UHGV virus genome: UHGV-0275691
From: a virus
Length of the DNA stretch: 24,961 bases
Reading direction: 5' to 3' (one strand)
Positions 12,572-21,261 of the stretch are shown piece by piece. The notes under the pieces are model-generated. The model was not told the origin of the DNA. It made no database searches and saw only the letters and a list, made by a program, of their open reading frames with translations. Position numbers and translations under genes: made by a program. Position 1 is the first letter of the stretch; every line of letters begins with the position of its first letter.

Positions 12572-12844
12572 ATGGACAATAGCACCATTTCTCTACAGGA
12601 GTTGCTCGACTGCATTTCCAGGCTTCGGGATGATGTAAATGCCCTTACTGTCGCATTTTCATATCTGGCATTCTCAATTCCCAAGGAACAAATGCAACCA
12701 ACACTGGCATCGCTCCAGCTTGAATCACTCAACCCCAAATGGTCCCAGCAACAACAAAATTCTTTCAAGTGGCTGGCGGTATTACTGGAAGAAAAATATG
12801 CTGGTGAAATTACCATTTCGGCGGAGTCTTCAGAGAACCAGTAA
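12572..12844 (+). CDS. Hypothetical acidic 90-aa protein encoded antisense to the lysis operon, between the YdfR-like gene and R
   Basis: ATG at 12572 with GAGAGGA Shine-Dalgarno 6 nt upstream; candidate sigma70 promoter TTGAAT-N15-TAAATA upstream; no similarity I can recognise. Confidence 0.45.
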   Translation: MDNSTISLQELLDCISRLRDDVNALTVAFSYLAFSIPKEQMQPTLASLQLESLNPKWSQQQQNSFKWLAVLLEEKYAGEITISAESSENQ

Positions 12845-13154
12845 TTCTTCCCGGTAGCTTTCCTTTGTAGGTTATCCACACATTCTGCGCCTCTAAAATT
12901 ATGGGGCGCTTTTCCGGCGACAGCTCATCCCCTTCACATAACCCGGCAGCAACATCCAGGAAGACCTGTCTGATGCTCCTTCTGGCTGCTGCCTCATAAA
13001 ACTCCAGCGCGGCACCTTCAACACGGTCCAGCGAGATGTCCAGGTCAAAAATTTCACCGTCAAAGCGTTTTTTGTCCCGTAACGCTAAAGTTACCGTAAC
13101 TTTATTCTCAAAATTGCGGATCCCTTTCACAATCAGTTCATAGTTTTGAGTCAT
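12810..13154 (-). CDS. Small ORF between holin and endolysin at the position of YdfR (DUF1327) in Qin-type prophages
   Basis: Starts 4 nt after the S stop; N-terminus MTQNYELIVKGIRNFENKVTVT resembles recalled YdfR-family N-termini; C-terminus diverges and overlaps the antisense ORF. Confidence 0.6.
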   Translation of the reverse strand: MTQNYELIVKGIRNFENKVTVTLALRDKKRFDGEIFDLDISLDRVEGAALEFYEAAARRSIRQVFLDVAAGLCEGDELSPEKRPIILEAQNVWITYKGKLPGRITGSLKTPPKW

Positions 13155-13158
13155 TGAA

Positions 13159-13374
13159 TTACTCTCCCCGTGCAGCCTTACGCTTGTCTTCTTTAATCTT
13201 GAAATAAAGGTTTGTCAGGTACGTCAGCAGGCCAAATACCAGGCTACCCAGCACTCCAATTGCCGCCCACTGTGAGGGCGTGACTTTATCTAGCAGCTGT
13301 AAAAACCAGTACCCGGCACTACCTGCTGAGGTGCCATAGGCGACACCCGTTGTTAACTTATCCATGGATTGCAT
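13159..13374 (-). CDS. S: Holin S, phage 21 pinholin type (71 aa) with dual-start motif M-Q-S-M
   Basis: Near-identical to recalled S21/EssD-type holins; GAGGTGGGG RBS; Met1 and Met4 give the holin/antiholin dual start. Confidence 0.93.
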   Translation of the reverse strand: MQSMDKLTTGVAYGTSAGSAGYWFLQLLDKVTPSQWAAIGVLGSLVFGLLTYLTNLYFKIKEDKRKAARGE

Positions 13375-13486
13375 AACCCCACCTCGCAGACAAAGCGGGT
13401 GTAAATTGAGGGAATACTACGAAACGTAACAGACTCGGAGTCAGTGAATAACTCAGGTATTGGGTTATCAGCTAATATCGAGACTC

Positions 13487-13519
13487 AAAAAATGGAAAAA
13501 CCCGCTCGACGGCGGGTTT
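13487..13519 (-). terminator. Rho-independent terminator on the minus strand, about 115 nt upstream of S (AAACCCGC-loop-GCGGGUUU then UUUUUCCAUUUUUU)
   Basis: 8-bp GC-rich stem with 6-nt loop followed by a long U tract on the late-operon strand; candidate tR'-like terminator. Confidence 0.65.
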
Positions 13520-13947
13520 AAGCTGTGTGACGAAGTAACCACTCTTAACAGCATAACCAATTTTTTACGTACGTAAACCACTAAATGATATTTGCGAGAA
13601 TGCTACCGAGTATTGAAAACACCACTACAAATACATAAGCAAATCTCAACAAATAACCAACAAATAATTTCCAGCGTTATTTTTAGCCAATTTAAATTGA
13701 ACCTTCAAATTATAGAGCACTTATAAATAACAGCCATTAATATAAATTGGCTAATAGATTTATTTTTATTCAGCCAAGAGCCATGAATAGGATTCGATAG
13801 AAAAAAGTTCAGATAAAAATAGAGATCTACTTCACAAATTAAACGAGAAACCAAAACTTACATCTTGAAATAATCACATTGATTAGATGAATATTTATCG
13901 CGCAGTGACATCATTTTTTAATAATAGTTCAAAAAAAAGGGCTCACG

Positions 13948-15030
13948 ATGAAAAAATTAACAGTGGCAATTTCTGCTGTAGCTGCATCAGTACTGATGGC
14001 GATGTCTGCTCAGGCAGCTGAAATTTATAATAAAGACAGTAACAAGCTGGATCTGTACGGGAAAGTTAATGCTAAGCACTACTTCTCCTCTAATGATGCA
14101 GATGATGGTGATACTACTTATGCCCGTCTTGGCTTCAAAGGTGAAACCCAAATCAACGATCAACTGACTGGTTTCGGTCAGTGGGAATATGAATTCAAAG
14201 GCAACCGCGCTGAATCTCAAGGTTCTTCCAAAGACAAAACCCGTCTTGCATTTGCAGGCCTGAAATTTGGTGATTACGGCTCAATCGATTACGGCCGTAA
14301 CTACGGTGTAGCATACGACATCGGTGCGTGGACTGACGTCCTGCCAGAATTCGGTGGTGATACCTGGACCCAAACAGATGTGTTCATGACTGGTCGCACT
14401 ACTGGTGTTGCAACTTATCGTAACAACGACTTCTTTGGTCTGGTCGATGGCCTGAACTTTGCTGCTCAGTATCAGGGTAAAAATGACCGCACTGACGTAA
14501 CTGAAGCCAATGGTGATGGTTTCGGTTTCTCCACTACTTATGAGTATGAAGGATTCGGCGTGGGTGCAACCTATGCTAAATCAGATCGCACTGACGGTCA
14601 GGTCGCCTATGGTAAGAGCAAATTCAATGCCTCCGGCAAAAATGCGGAAGTATGGGCTGCAGGCCTGAAATATGATGCGAACAATATCTATCTGGCTACC
14701 ACATATTCTGAAACTCAGAATATGACCGTTTTTGGTAATAACCATATTGCAAACAAAGCACAAAACTTTGAAGCAGTAGCACAATATCAGTTTGACTTCG
14801 GTCTGCGCCCATCTGTTGCTTACCTTCAGTCAAAAGGTAAAGACCTTGGTGTTCATGGTGACCGAGACTTAGTCAAGTATGTCGATGTCGGTGCTACTTA
14901 CTACTTTAATAAAAACATGTCCACTTTTGTTGATTACAAAATCAACTTAATTGACGATAGTAAGTTTACCAAAACAGCTGGTATTGATACTGATGACATC
15001 GTTGCTGTAGGTCTGGTTTACCAGTTCTAA
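13948..15030 (+). CDS. nmpC: Phage-encoded OmpC/OmpF-family general porin (NmpC/Lc-like), 360 aa
   Basis: Signal peptide ending AQA/AE, conserved porin N-terminus ([17 protein letters not shown]) and C-terminal YQF; located between Q and S on the strand opposite the late genes, as for nmpC in DLP12 and lc in PA-2. Confidence 0.93.
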   Translation: MKKLTVAISAVAASVLMAMSAQAAEIYNKDSNKLDLYGKVNAKHYFSSNDADDGDTTYARLGFKGETQINDQLTGFGQWEYEFKGNRAESQGSSKDKTRLAFAGLKFGDYGSIDYGRNYGVAYDIGAWTDVLPEFGGDTWTQTDVFMTGRTTGVATYRNNDFFGLVDGLNFAAQYQGKNDRTDVTEANGDGFGFSTTYEYEGFGVGATYAKSDRTDGQVAYGKSKFNASGKNAEVWAAGLKYDANNIYLATTYSETQNMTVFGNNHIANKAQNFEAVAQYQFDFGLRPSVAYLQSKGKDLGVHGDRDLVKYVDVGATYYFNKNMSTFVDYKINLIDDSKFTKTAGIDTDDIVAVGLVYQF

Positions 15031-15167
15031 TCTGATTACGAAAAAGATATGTTGCGGGAGGCGTTGCCTCCCCAACATATAAGTGGCTCCCTCAAGCCAC
15101 TTCCTTTAGAAGCACAACCTTGCTTCTAACTATATAAACCTTCTGTTATATATTACCCTTTATTTTT

Positions 15168-15192
15168 GGGGGCGTCTCAACGCCCCATTTTT
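15168..15192 (+). terminator. Rho-independent terminator downstream of the porin gene (GGGGGCG-loop-CGCCCC then TTTTT)
   Basis: GC-rich hairpin followed by T tract on the plus strand; two further hairpins at about 15053-15072 and 15081-15102. Confidence 0.65.
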
Positions 15193-15219
15193 AATAATTT
15201 TTAGTAAACAATTGGCATA

Positions 15220-15603
15220 TTAATTAGAGTTATTAACAACGATATCCATCTCTAACCGGATATCTAATGCCATTAACATCCCTTCAATTATGCCCTCAGC
15301 CTTTTGTAACCTTTTCCCGATATAACCATCAGAGCAGCAATGCTTACCTGCCAGTGACATGAATGTCATACCGACTACATAATAATCTACTAATAAATCG
15401 TGCAAATCGCTGTTGTTCTTTTTCAGACGGGCCATGCACCCGCAAATGATCATCGCGTCATCGTCACAACATTGCGGGCGAGATTTTACTTTTGAAGGAA
15501 TTAATCCCTTAAAACCGGCGGCAATGGACGACCAGGTCACATCTTCATGATTATTAGCCGCCCACGCTCCCCAACGCTCAAGAACCATCTGAATATCACG
15601 CAT
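15220..15603 (-). CDS. Q: Late-gene antiterminator Q, DLP12 QuuD type (127 aa)
   Basis: Translation from [12 protein letters not shown] matches recalled QuuD; ATG at 15601-15603 with GGAG RBS; the track start is an upstream TTG. Confidence 0.85.
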   Translation of the reverse strand: MRDIQMVLERWGAWAANNHEDVTWSSIAAGFKGLIPSKVKSRPQCCDDDAMIICGCMARLKKNNSDLHDLLVDYYVVGMTFMSLAGKHCCSDGYIGKRLQKAEGIIEGMLMALDIRLEMDIVVNNSN

Positions 15604-15688
15604 CAACTTACTCCACAAAACTCAGACCAGAACGCCAATTACAAGCAAAAATCAACAAAACAGTATTAGTTGATTGTTATCTCTGACT

Positions 15689-15829
15689 TCATACTCCTGC
15701 TCCTGTCAGTGTTTTGGCGTAATTCTTCAGTATTCGGTAATCGGTCAAAACAGAGCCGGGGAAACGATATAAGCGCAGACGCCCCCAGCGGTGGCGAAGA
15801 AGTTCTGCCATATTAAACTCAAACATCAT
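15689..15829 (-). CDS. ylcG: Small protein YlcG (46 aa)
   Basis: Manual translation [46 protein letters not shown] matches recalled DLP12 YlcG; ATGA overlap with the rusA stop; below the ORF-track length cutoff. Confidence 0.8.
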   Translation of the reverse strand: MMFEFNMAELLRHRWGRLRLYRFPGSVLTDYRILKNYAKTLTGAGV

Positions 15830-16188
15830 TCATTCCCCATTTCGGTGATGGTCAGTTCCAGCCTCCCACCTTTGGTAACAGGCATCTTCACAACGCGGTA
15901 ATCAACGACCTGAGCATCATCCAGCCAGAAACCTGCTTTAGTGAGTGCGTCAAAAGCGGCTTTTTGCAGATTATCCAGGTCACGGCGACGGCGATCCGGC
16001 ATGTGGCACTCAATGCGGATTTTCACAGGCATAGCCAGGCCGATATCCAGCATTGCGTTTTTAATGATTCGGGCGACGTTATCGCGGTATGCCTGCCCCT
16101 CTGCGCTGACGTGCGTGCGCCCGCGATTATGGCGGTAATAGCGATTATTGCTCGGAGGCCAGGGTAATGTGATGCTGTAGGTATTCAC
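15826..16188 (-). CDS. rusA: Holliday junction resolvase RusA (120 aa)
   Basis: Full-length match to recalled E. coli RusA; GTG start codon. Confidence 0.95.
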   Translation of the reverse strand: MNTYSITLPWPPSNNRYYRHNRGRTHVSAEGQAYRDNVARIIKNAMLDIGLAMPVKIRIECHMPDRRRRDLDNLQKAAFDALTKAGFWLDDAQVVDYRVVKMPVTKGGRLELTITEMGNE

Positions 16189-16313
16189 GCCTTAATAACC
16201 CCCTCTTTCAGCCAGATAACCTGTGTTCTCGCCATACCTTCCAGCGCGCATTCTTTTGCATATGCAGCATCGACTTGCTTGGCATGCCCTTTACCGGCAA
16301 TCTTCTGTATGCG
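16185..16313 (-). pseudogene. ybcO: Remnant of a ybcO-like (DUF1364) gene: only the C-terminal part is present, with no start codon
   Basis: Open frame ending ...[29 protein letters not shown] matches the recalled YbcO C-terminus; an in-frame stop lies 42 codons upstream and there is no room for the N-terminal two-thirds. Confidence 0.5.
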
Positions 16314-16394
16314 CTAAACCTAGATAGAATCCACTCTGTGCACATTGAAGCCCGCTCTATGCTTCCTTTCAGGTATTGAAGGGATTGAGATGGG

Positions 16395-16742
16395 CTAAGC
16401 ATTATTGGCCTCCTGCATCAGGAGAAAGACAATCATGGCGGCGCGGAGAGGTCTGGTATCAAATATTGGGCTTACGCCTTTTGCATCCACACACCATTCA
16501 GTTAACTGGTCTAAGATAGAAATCCTGTATTTCTCAATAATCGGCCATGAAGCGCTCGGATCATTGCAGTAGTCAGGCAAATGATTTAATGGCTCAAAAG
16601 TTGTATCAGCATTTCCGTAATACCATTTGTTGGTGTTATTCCCTGATGTTTCCGGTTTACTTGCCCAAAGGCCTTTAAAAATTATGTCTCCTACCATTCT
16701 GTTAATTTCAAAATCACTTAACTGTGAATAATCCATTGTCAT
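16395..16742 (-). CDS. Hypothetical nin-region protein (115 aa)
   Basis: ORF with ATGA overlap to the ninE stop, in an operon-like arrangement; family not recognised. Confidence 0.55.
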   Translation of the reverse strand: MTMDYSQLSDFEINRMVGDIIFKGLWASKPETSGNNTNKWYYGNADTTFEPLNHLPDYCNDPSASWPIIEKYRISILDQLTEWCVDAKGVSPIFDTRPLRAAMIVFLLMQEANNA

Positions 16743-16915
16743 TTCCTCGCACGATATCTTAGCCACCGGATATCCCACAGGTGAGCTGTGTAATTGAAGG
16801 TTTTTACGTCAGATTCTTTTGGGATTGGCTTACGTTTATTTCTGGAGCGTTTCGTTGGAAGGTATTTGCAGTTTTCGCAGATGATGTCGGTGAAACTTCG
16901 TCGCTGTCGCCTCAT
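16739..16915 (-). CDS. ninE: NinE (58 aa)
   Basis: [23 protein letters not shown]... matches recalled lambda/DLP12 NinE; ATGA overlap with the upstream methyltransferase stop. Confidence 0.85.
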   Translation of the reverse strand: MRRQRRSFTDIICENCKYLPTKRSRNKRKPIPKESDVKTFNYTAHLWDIRWLRYRARK

Positions 16916-17439
16916 GCCGCCCTCCTGACGCCCTGCCCGATCGCCATCAATGCCGCTTTGGATACGGTAGTAAACATCCGTCGAGGACTGATGAACGGTC
17001 GCCAAATCAGCAGCATGGAGCCTTTGCTGTTTCCCTTCTTCTCCAGCCCTGTCGATGGTTCGATAAAATTAATCCGTCCATCAGTGATAATGCGAACTTC
17101 GTCGACACTCTCCAGAGCCTTGCTGAACCATCCGACTGACATATCCTCTGGCACAAGCATAACTACCGTCTGTCGCTGTTGTATGCACTGCTCGGCGGCT
17201 TTTTCCACCCACGGCCTGATATTGCTGTACGGTGGGTTATTCCAGATTGCACCGTGGCTTATCCACTCAGAATTTAGCGCGTCGTCGGCCTCAGTTAACC
17301 AGTGAGCGCACAGAGCATTTTTGTCGCTCGCTGCCGAATCCAGCCAGAATCCAAACTCAATATCCAGTGCATCAAAAAGCCAAAGCGGCGTTTGCCAGCA
17401 GTCCTTGTCGTGTGCTGGCGTATTTGATTTGATAGTCAT
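16912..17439 (-). CDS. Phage Dam-like DNA N6-adenine methyltransferase (175 aa)
   Basis: NPPYS (DPPY-type motif IV); start at ATG 17437-17439 with GGAGA RBS and ATGA overlap with the ninB stop; occupies the slot that holds ninC in lambda. Confidence 0.8.
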   Translation of the reverse strand: MTIKSNTPAHDKDCWQTPLWLFDALDIEFGFWLDSAASDKNALCAHWLTEADDALNSEWISHGAIWNNPPYSNIRPWVEKAAEQCIQQRQTVVMLVPEDMSVGWFSKALESVDEVRIITDGRINFIEPSTGLEKKGNSKGSMLLIWRPFISPRRMFTTVSKAALMAIGQGVRRAA

Positions 17440-17876
17440 GCAGCCCGATCTCCCCATCGCGCTTTCCATTCGAGAGCCAGTCGCGCTTCGTCTGACCACT
17501 TAACGCCACGCTCTGTACCGAATGCCTGTATAAGCTCTAATAGCTCCGCAAATTCGTTTACACGCATCCTGCTGGTTGACTGGCCTATTACCACAAAGCC
17601 ATTCCCGGCAAGGTTAGGAACAACATCCTGCTGCTTTAATGCTGCGGTAAACACACACTTCCAGCTTTCTGCATCCAGCCAGCGACCATGCCATTCAACC
17701 TGACGAGAGACGTCACCAAGGCAAGCCCAAAGCTTTCGATTCTGGTCTAAGCTGCGGTTGCGTTCCTGAATGGTTACTACGATTGGTTTGGTTGGGTCTG
17801 GAAGGATTTGCTGTACTGCGTGAATAGCGTTTTGCTGATGTGCTGGAGATCGAATTTCAAAGGTTAGTTTTTTCAT
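17436..17876 (-). CDS. ninB: Recombination protein NinB (Orf), 146 aa
   Basis: Matches recalled lambda NinB from MKKLTFEIRS. Confidence 0.93.
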   Translation of the reverse strand: MKKLTFEIRSPAHQQNAIHAVQQILPDPTKPIVVTIQERNRSLDQNRKLWACLGDVSRQVEWHGRWLDAESWKCVFTAALKQQDVVPNLAGNGFVVIGQSTSRMRVNEFAELLELIQAFGTERGVKWSDEARLALEWKARWGDRAA

Positions 17877-17949
17877 GACTTCCCTCTCCCCCAAATAAAA
17901 AGGCCTGCGATTACCAGCAGGCCTGTTATTAGCTCAGTAATGTAGATGG

Positions 17950-18240
17950 TCATCTTTTAACTCCATATACCGCCAATACCCGTTTCATCGCGGCACTCTG
18001 GCGACACTCCTTAAAAATCAGGTTCGTGCTCATCTTTCCTTCCCGTTCTTCCCTGGTAGCAAACCGGTAATACACCGTTCGCCAGACCTTACCTTCGATA
18101 ACCAGAAGACCTGCCCGTGCCATTTTAGCCGCGGCCTGATTTATGCTGGTTACTGTTGCGCCTGTTAGCGCGGCAACGTCCGGCGCACAGAAGCTATTAT
18201 GCGTCCCCAGGTAATGAATAATTGCCTCTTTGCCCGTCAT
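17950..18240 (-). CDS. ren: Ren protein (96 aa)
   Basis: Near-identical to recalled lambda Ren. Confidence 0.93.
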   Translation of the reverse strand: MTGKEAIIHYLGTHNSFCAPDVAALTGATVTSINQAAAKMARAGLLVIEGKVWRTVYYRFATREEREGKMSTNLIFKECRQSAAMKRVLAVYGVKR

Positions 18241-18938
18241 ACACTTGCTCCTTTCAGTCCGAACTTAGCTTTAATTTCTGCGATCTTCGCCAGAGCCTGT
18301 GCACGATTTAGAGGTCTACCGCCCATAACAGGAAGTTGTTTTACTGGTTCAGGTATCGTCTCACCACGGTTAATTCGCGCTGTCATACAGGTCAGTTCAT
18401 CGGCAGCCTTGCGCCGTAATTCCGCATCAGTAAGCGCATTGGCCCGCATGTTCTGATACAGGTTGGTAACCAGCCAGTAGTGCGCGTTTGATTTCCACGG
18501 ATAAGACTCCGCATCCGGATACAGGCCTCGCTTCCGGCAATACTCGTAAACCATATCAACCAGCTCGCTGACGTTTGGCAGTCCGGCGATAACGGATGCT
18601 TCTTCCCGGCACCATGCAACAAACTGCCCGGGTGATGGCAGAAATGGTCGATTCTGCCGACGGGCTACGCGCATTCCTGCGTTAACCTGTTCCATTGTGG
18701 TGATCCCGTTTTCCCGGAAAGCCAGAACCCACTGGCGGCGGATTTCGTTCAGTTCGTTCTGGTCACGGTTAGCCAGACTCGCCGGGAAAGTTGCCAGTAA
18801 CTGGCTGAACACACCGTTGATGATCTGCGCTACCTGCTGTACCTGTGGCTTTTCGTCGTACTGTTCCGGCATGTTGTTGGCGATCCGACGCATCTGCTCA
18901 CGGTCAAAGTTAACCATCTGTGCGGCGATGTTTTTCAT
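18237..18938 (-). CDS. P: Replication protein P (DnaB loader), 233 aa
   Basis: Full-length match to recalled lambda P. Confidence 0.96.
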   Translation of the reverse strand: MKNIAAQMVNFDREQMRRIANNMPEQYDEKPQVQQVAQIINGVFSQLLATFPASLANRDQNELNEIRRQWVLAFRENGITTMEQVNAGMRVARRQNRPFLPSPGQFVAWCREEASVIAGLPNVSELVDMVYEYCRKRGLYPDAESYPWKSNAHYWLVTNLYQNMRANALTDAELRRKAADELTCMTARINRGETIPEPVKQLPVMGGRPLNRAQALAKIAEIKAKFGLKGASV

Positions 18939-19834
18939 AGATCCACCCCGTAAATCCAGTCAGTGTTTGTCAGGTCGAGTTTTGGTTTTCCGGCTGTCAC
19001 GCCAGCCTGTTGCTTGTTACGGTTGATTTCGAGCTGGGTCCACTTGTCGCGGAGTTTGGCCGGACTCAGCACGTTACCGGACCAGAAGTTGTCCTGGCAG
19101 GCCCAGCGGAAAAGCACACACATATCGCGGTGGTTACGTCCGTCACGTTCACGCATCAGGCGGATATCGTTAGCCCACCCAGCAAAATTCGGTTTTCTGG
19201 CTGATGGCGCGATGGTCTTCACCATGTCAAACATCCACTCTGCGGCGGTCAGGTCTTCTGCTGTTCCCCACTTACTGCCGCTCTGAATTGCAGCATCCGG
19301 TTTAACCACAGAAAGATCGTTTTCTGGCTGGTCAGAGGATTCGCCAGAATTCTCGGACGAATAATCTTTTCTTTTTTCTTTTGTAATAGTGTCTTTTGTG
19401 TCCCCCTGTTTTGAGGGATAGCAATCCCCCAATTTGAGGGATGTTTTATCCCTCGTTTTAGGGGATTTTCCCTCGTTTTGAGGGATACACCATTCTGAGA
19501 TGTTTTTATTTGGTCCAAACATGCCGCCTTGCTGCTTGATAATATTCATTCTGACGAGTTCTAACTTGGCTTCATTGCACCGTTTGACAGGTAACTTTGT
19601 AATCTCGCTAAGTTGAGAATCGGTGATTCTGTCCATTGGTTTATTCCACCCATAGGTTTTACGCAGAATGGCAAGCAGCACTTTAAACTGTCGCTTGGTC
19701 AGATCTGCGCCTGAATAAGCCTCAAGCAGCATATTTGATAGTCTGGCGTAACCATCATCGAGATCTGCCACATTACGCTCCTGTCCGGTAAAGTTACCTC
19801 TGCCGAAGTTGAGTATTTTTGCTGTATTTGTCAT
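18935..19834 (-). CDS. O: Replication initiator protein O (299 aa)
   Basis: Matches recalled lambda O from MTNTAKILNF; contains ori iterons. Confidence 0.95.
   Translation of the reverse strand: MTNTAKILNFGRGNFTGQERNVADLDDGYARLSNMLLEAYSGADLTKRQFKVLLAILRKTYGWNKPMDRITDSQLSEITKLPVKRCNEAKLELVRMNIIKQQGGMFGPNKNISEWCIPQNEGKSPKTRDKTSLKLGDCYPSKQGDTKDTITKEKRKDYSSENSGESSDQPENDLSVVKPDAAIQSGSKWGTAEDLTAAEWMFDMVKTIAPSARKPNFAGWANDIRLMRERDGRNHRDMCVLFRWACQDNFWSGNVLSPAKLRDKWTQLEINRNKQQAGVTAGKPKLDLTNTDWIYGVDL
19361..19487. repeat. ori: ori-lambda: four about 18-bp iterons (variants of TCCCTCNNTTTGAGGGA) plus adjacent AT-rich region, inside O
   Basis: Four tandem palindrome-like repeats visible at about 19401-19487, followed on the O sense strand by an AT-rich stretch 19361-19399. 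Confidence 0.85.
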
Positions 19835-19868
19835 AATGACTCCTGTGGATTGATCCAGTCTTTCTACA

Positions 19869-20147
19869 TCAGGCCTCAAAACTGTTGCAGCAGTCTTGAG
19901 GCTTTTCTTTTGTCAGCACCATGGCTACTTTCTTTGCTAGCTTTGCTAATTCCTCGTCTTCAACACCCCACTCCAGCACAGCCAGAAGCATGGCCATCTT
20001 TGGGATAAAGCTGTCTTTCCATCGCGAAATTTGCGATTCATTAATCCCTAATGCATCAGCAACCTTTCGCTGACCACGTACAGCAATTCGATTCAGGATG
20101 TTGCTTGTGATTGCATTCGCTTTCTTGCGAGTACTTGTAAGTTGCAT
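19869..20147 (-). CDS. c1: CII-family lysogeny activator (P22 C1-like), 92 aa
   Basis: Start at internal ATG (MQLTSTRKKANAI...); core ...QSQISRWK...IPKMAMLLAVLEWGV shared with lambda CII; position between cro and O. Confidence 0.8.
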   Translation of the reverse strand: MQLTSTRKKANAITSNILNRIAVRGQRKVADALGINESQISRWKDSFIPKMAMLLAVLEWGVEDEELAKLAKKVAMVLTKEKPQDCCNSFEA

Positions 20148-20204
20148 ATGTAAGTATTTCCTTAACAAATAAGAAGTTATACGCACCAACTGATGCGCGT
20201 TGTA

Positions 20205-20249
20205 TTCCCGCATTTCGGCGGGAATAAGGACCATGACTGTTAAAGAGCA
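20205..20249 (-). promoter_or_regulatory. nutR: nutR: boxA (UGCUCUUUAACA) followed by boxB hairpin (CCCGC-CGAAAU-GCGGG) on the rightward (minus-strand) transcript
   Basis: boxA-like sequence directly after the cro stop, followed 14 nt later by a hairpin whose 19-nt core TCCCGCCGAAATGCGGGAA is repeated exactly at nutL. Confidence 0.65.
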
Positions 20250-20255
20250 ATTTGC

Positions 20256-20441
20256 TTATGCCGCTTTGCGATAAGCACTTTCTTGATACTTCAGGGCGCC
20301 AGCTGTAACGACTTCCAGTCGATAGGCGTCTTTCTCTGGGATGACTTCCTTCCACTGAGAGACTGCTGCATCGCTAATGCCTAACGCTTTAGCTACCGCA
20401 CGCTGGGTTCCGAAGTGGTCGATAACATCTTTCTTGTACAT
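20256..20441 (-). CDS. cro: Cro repressor, P22 type (61 aa)
   Basis: Near-identical to recalled P22 Cro (MYKKDVIDHFGTQRAVAKALGISDAAVSQWKE...). Confidence 0.88.
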   Translation of the reverse strand: MYKKDVIDHFGTQRAVAKALGISDAAVSQWKEVIPEKDAYRLEVVTAGALKYQESAYRKAA

Positions 20442-20521
20442 AGACTCGCTCCGAAATTAAAGAACACTTAAATTATCTATCAAAGGAATCTTAAGTCAAG
20501 TTTATTTAAGATGTCTTAACT
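20442..20521. promoter_or_regulatory. OR operator/promoter region: PR on the minus strand (TTGACT-N17-ATAATT, + coordinates 20471-20499) and P22-type operator palindromes (for example TTAAGATGTCTTAA at 20506-20519); PRM presumably adjacent with a leaderless c2 transcript
   Basis: Consensus-like -35/-10 on the cro strand; palindromic TTAAG/CTTAA half-sites between divergent cro and c2. Confidence 0.6.
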
Positions 20522-21172
20522 ATGAATACACAACTGATGGGTGAGCGTATTCGCGCTCGCAGAAAAGAACTTAAGATTAGGCAGGCTGCCCTTGGCAAGA
20601 TGGTTGGCGTGTCTAATGTTGCTATTTCCCAATGGGAGCGTTCTGAAACTGAGCCCAATGGCGAAAACCTATTGGCTTTAGCCAAGGCTTTACAGTGCTC
20701 CCCTGATTACTTGTTGAAAGGAGAAGATAGTCTTTCAAACATTGCCTATCACAGCAGGCATGATCCAAGAGGTTCGTATCCTCTAATTAGTTGGGTAAGC
20801 GCAGGATGTTGGATGGAAGCTGTAGAGCCATATCATAAGCGTGCAATAGATAACTGGTACGATACAACCGTAGATTGTTCAGAAGATTCGTTTTGGCTGG
20901 ACGTAAAGGGTGATTCGATGACGGCTCCAGCCGGTCTTAGCATCCCGGAAGGGATGATAATACTAGTCGATCCTGAAGTAGAACCTCGTAATGGGAAGCT
21001 GGTAGTGGCAAAGCTCGAAGGAGAAAACGAGGCAACTTTCAAGAAGTTAGTTATTGATGCTGGCAGAAGGTTTCTAAAACCACTTAACCCACAATATCCG
21101 ATGATTGAGATCAACGGGAACTGCAAAATCATCGGTGTAGTTGTCGATGCAAAAATAGCAAACCTTCCATAA
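20522..21172 (+). CDS. c2: Prophage repressor, P22 C2 type (216 aa), LexA-like autocleaving C-terminal domain
   Basis: Near-identical to recalled P22 C2 repressor over the full length. Confidence 0.95.
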   Translation: MNTQLMGERIRARRKELKIRQAALGKMVGVSNVAISQWERSETEPNGENLLALAKALQCSPDYLLKGEDSLSNIAYHSRHDPRGSYPLISWVSAGCWMEAVEPYHKRAIDNWYDTTVDCSEDSFWLDVKGDSMTAPAGLSIPEGMIILVDPEVEPRNGKLVVAKLEGENEATFKKLVIDAGRRFLKPLNPQYPMIEINGNCKIIGVVVDAKIANLP

Positions 21173-21193
21173 GGGGCATTCGCCCCTTTTTTT
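21172..21193 (+). terminator. Rho-independent terminator immediately after the repressor gene (AGGGGC-ATTC-GCCCCT then T7)
   Basis: Perfect 6-bp GC stem overlapping the stop codon, followed by a seven-residue T tract. Confidence 0.75.
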
Positions 21194-21261
21194 CTTTCCT
21201 TTAAAAATCAAAGCAAAACTTAAGCTTCGCAACAAAATTTAAGTTTTCTTCAAAAACGCTC

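Noticed and set aside
13987-14784. Minus-strand ORFs of 77 and 67 aa inside the porin gene
   Set aside because: Antisense to a full-length conserved porin; likely spurious.
15604-15688. Possible late promoter pR' directly downstream of Q
   Set aside because: I could not find a convincing -35/-10 pair on the minus strand here by eye, so no promoter feature is called; see the finding on late-promoter placement.
16208-16402. 64-aa minus-strand ORF upstream of rusA
   Set aside because: It is out of frame with the ybcO-like remnant it overlaps; the homology-bearing frame is the one reported as a pseudogene.
20056-20355. 99-aa minus-strand ORF spanning the cro/c1 junction
   Set aside because: It overlaps the well-supported cro and c1 genes and the nutR region in another frame; no independent support.
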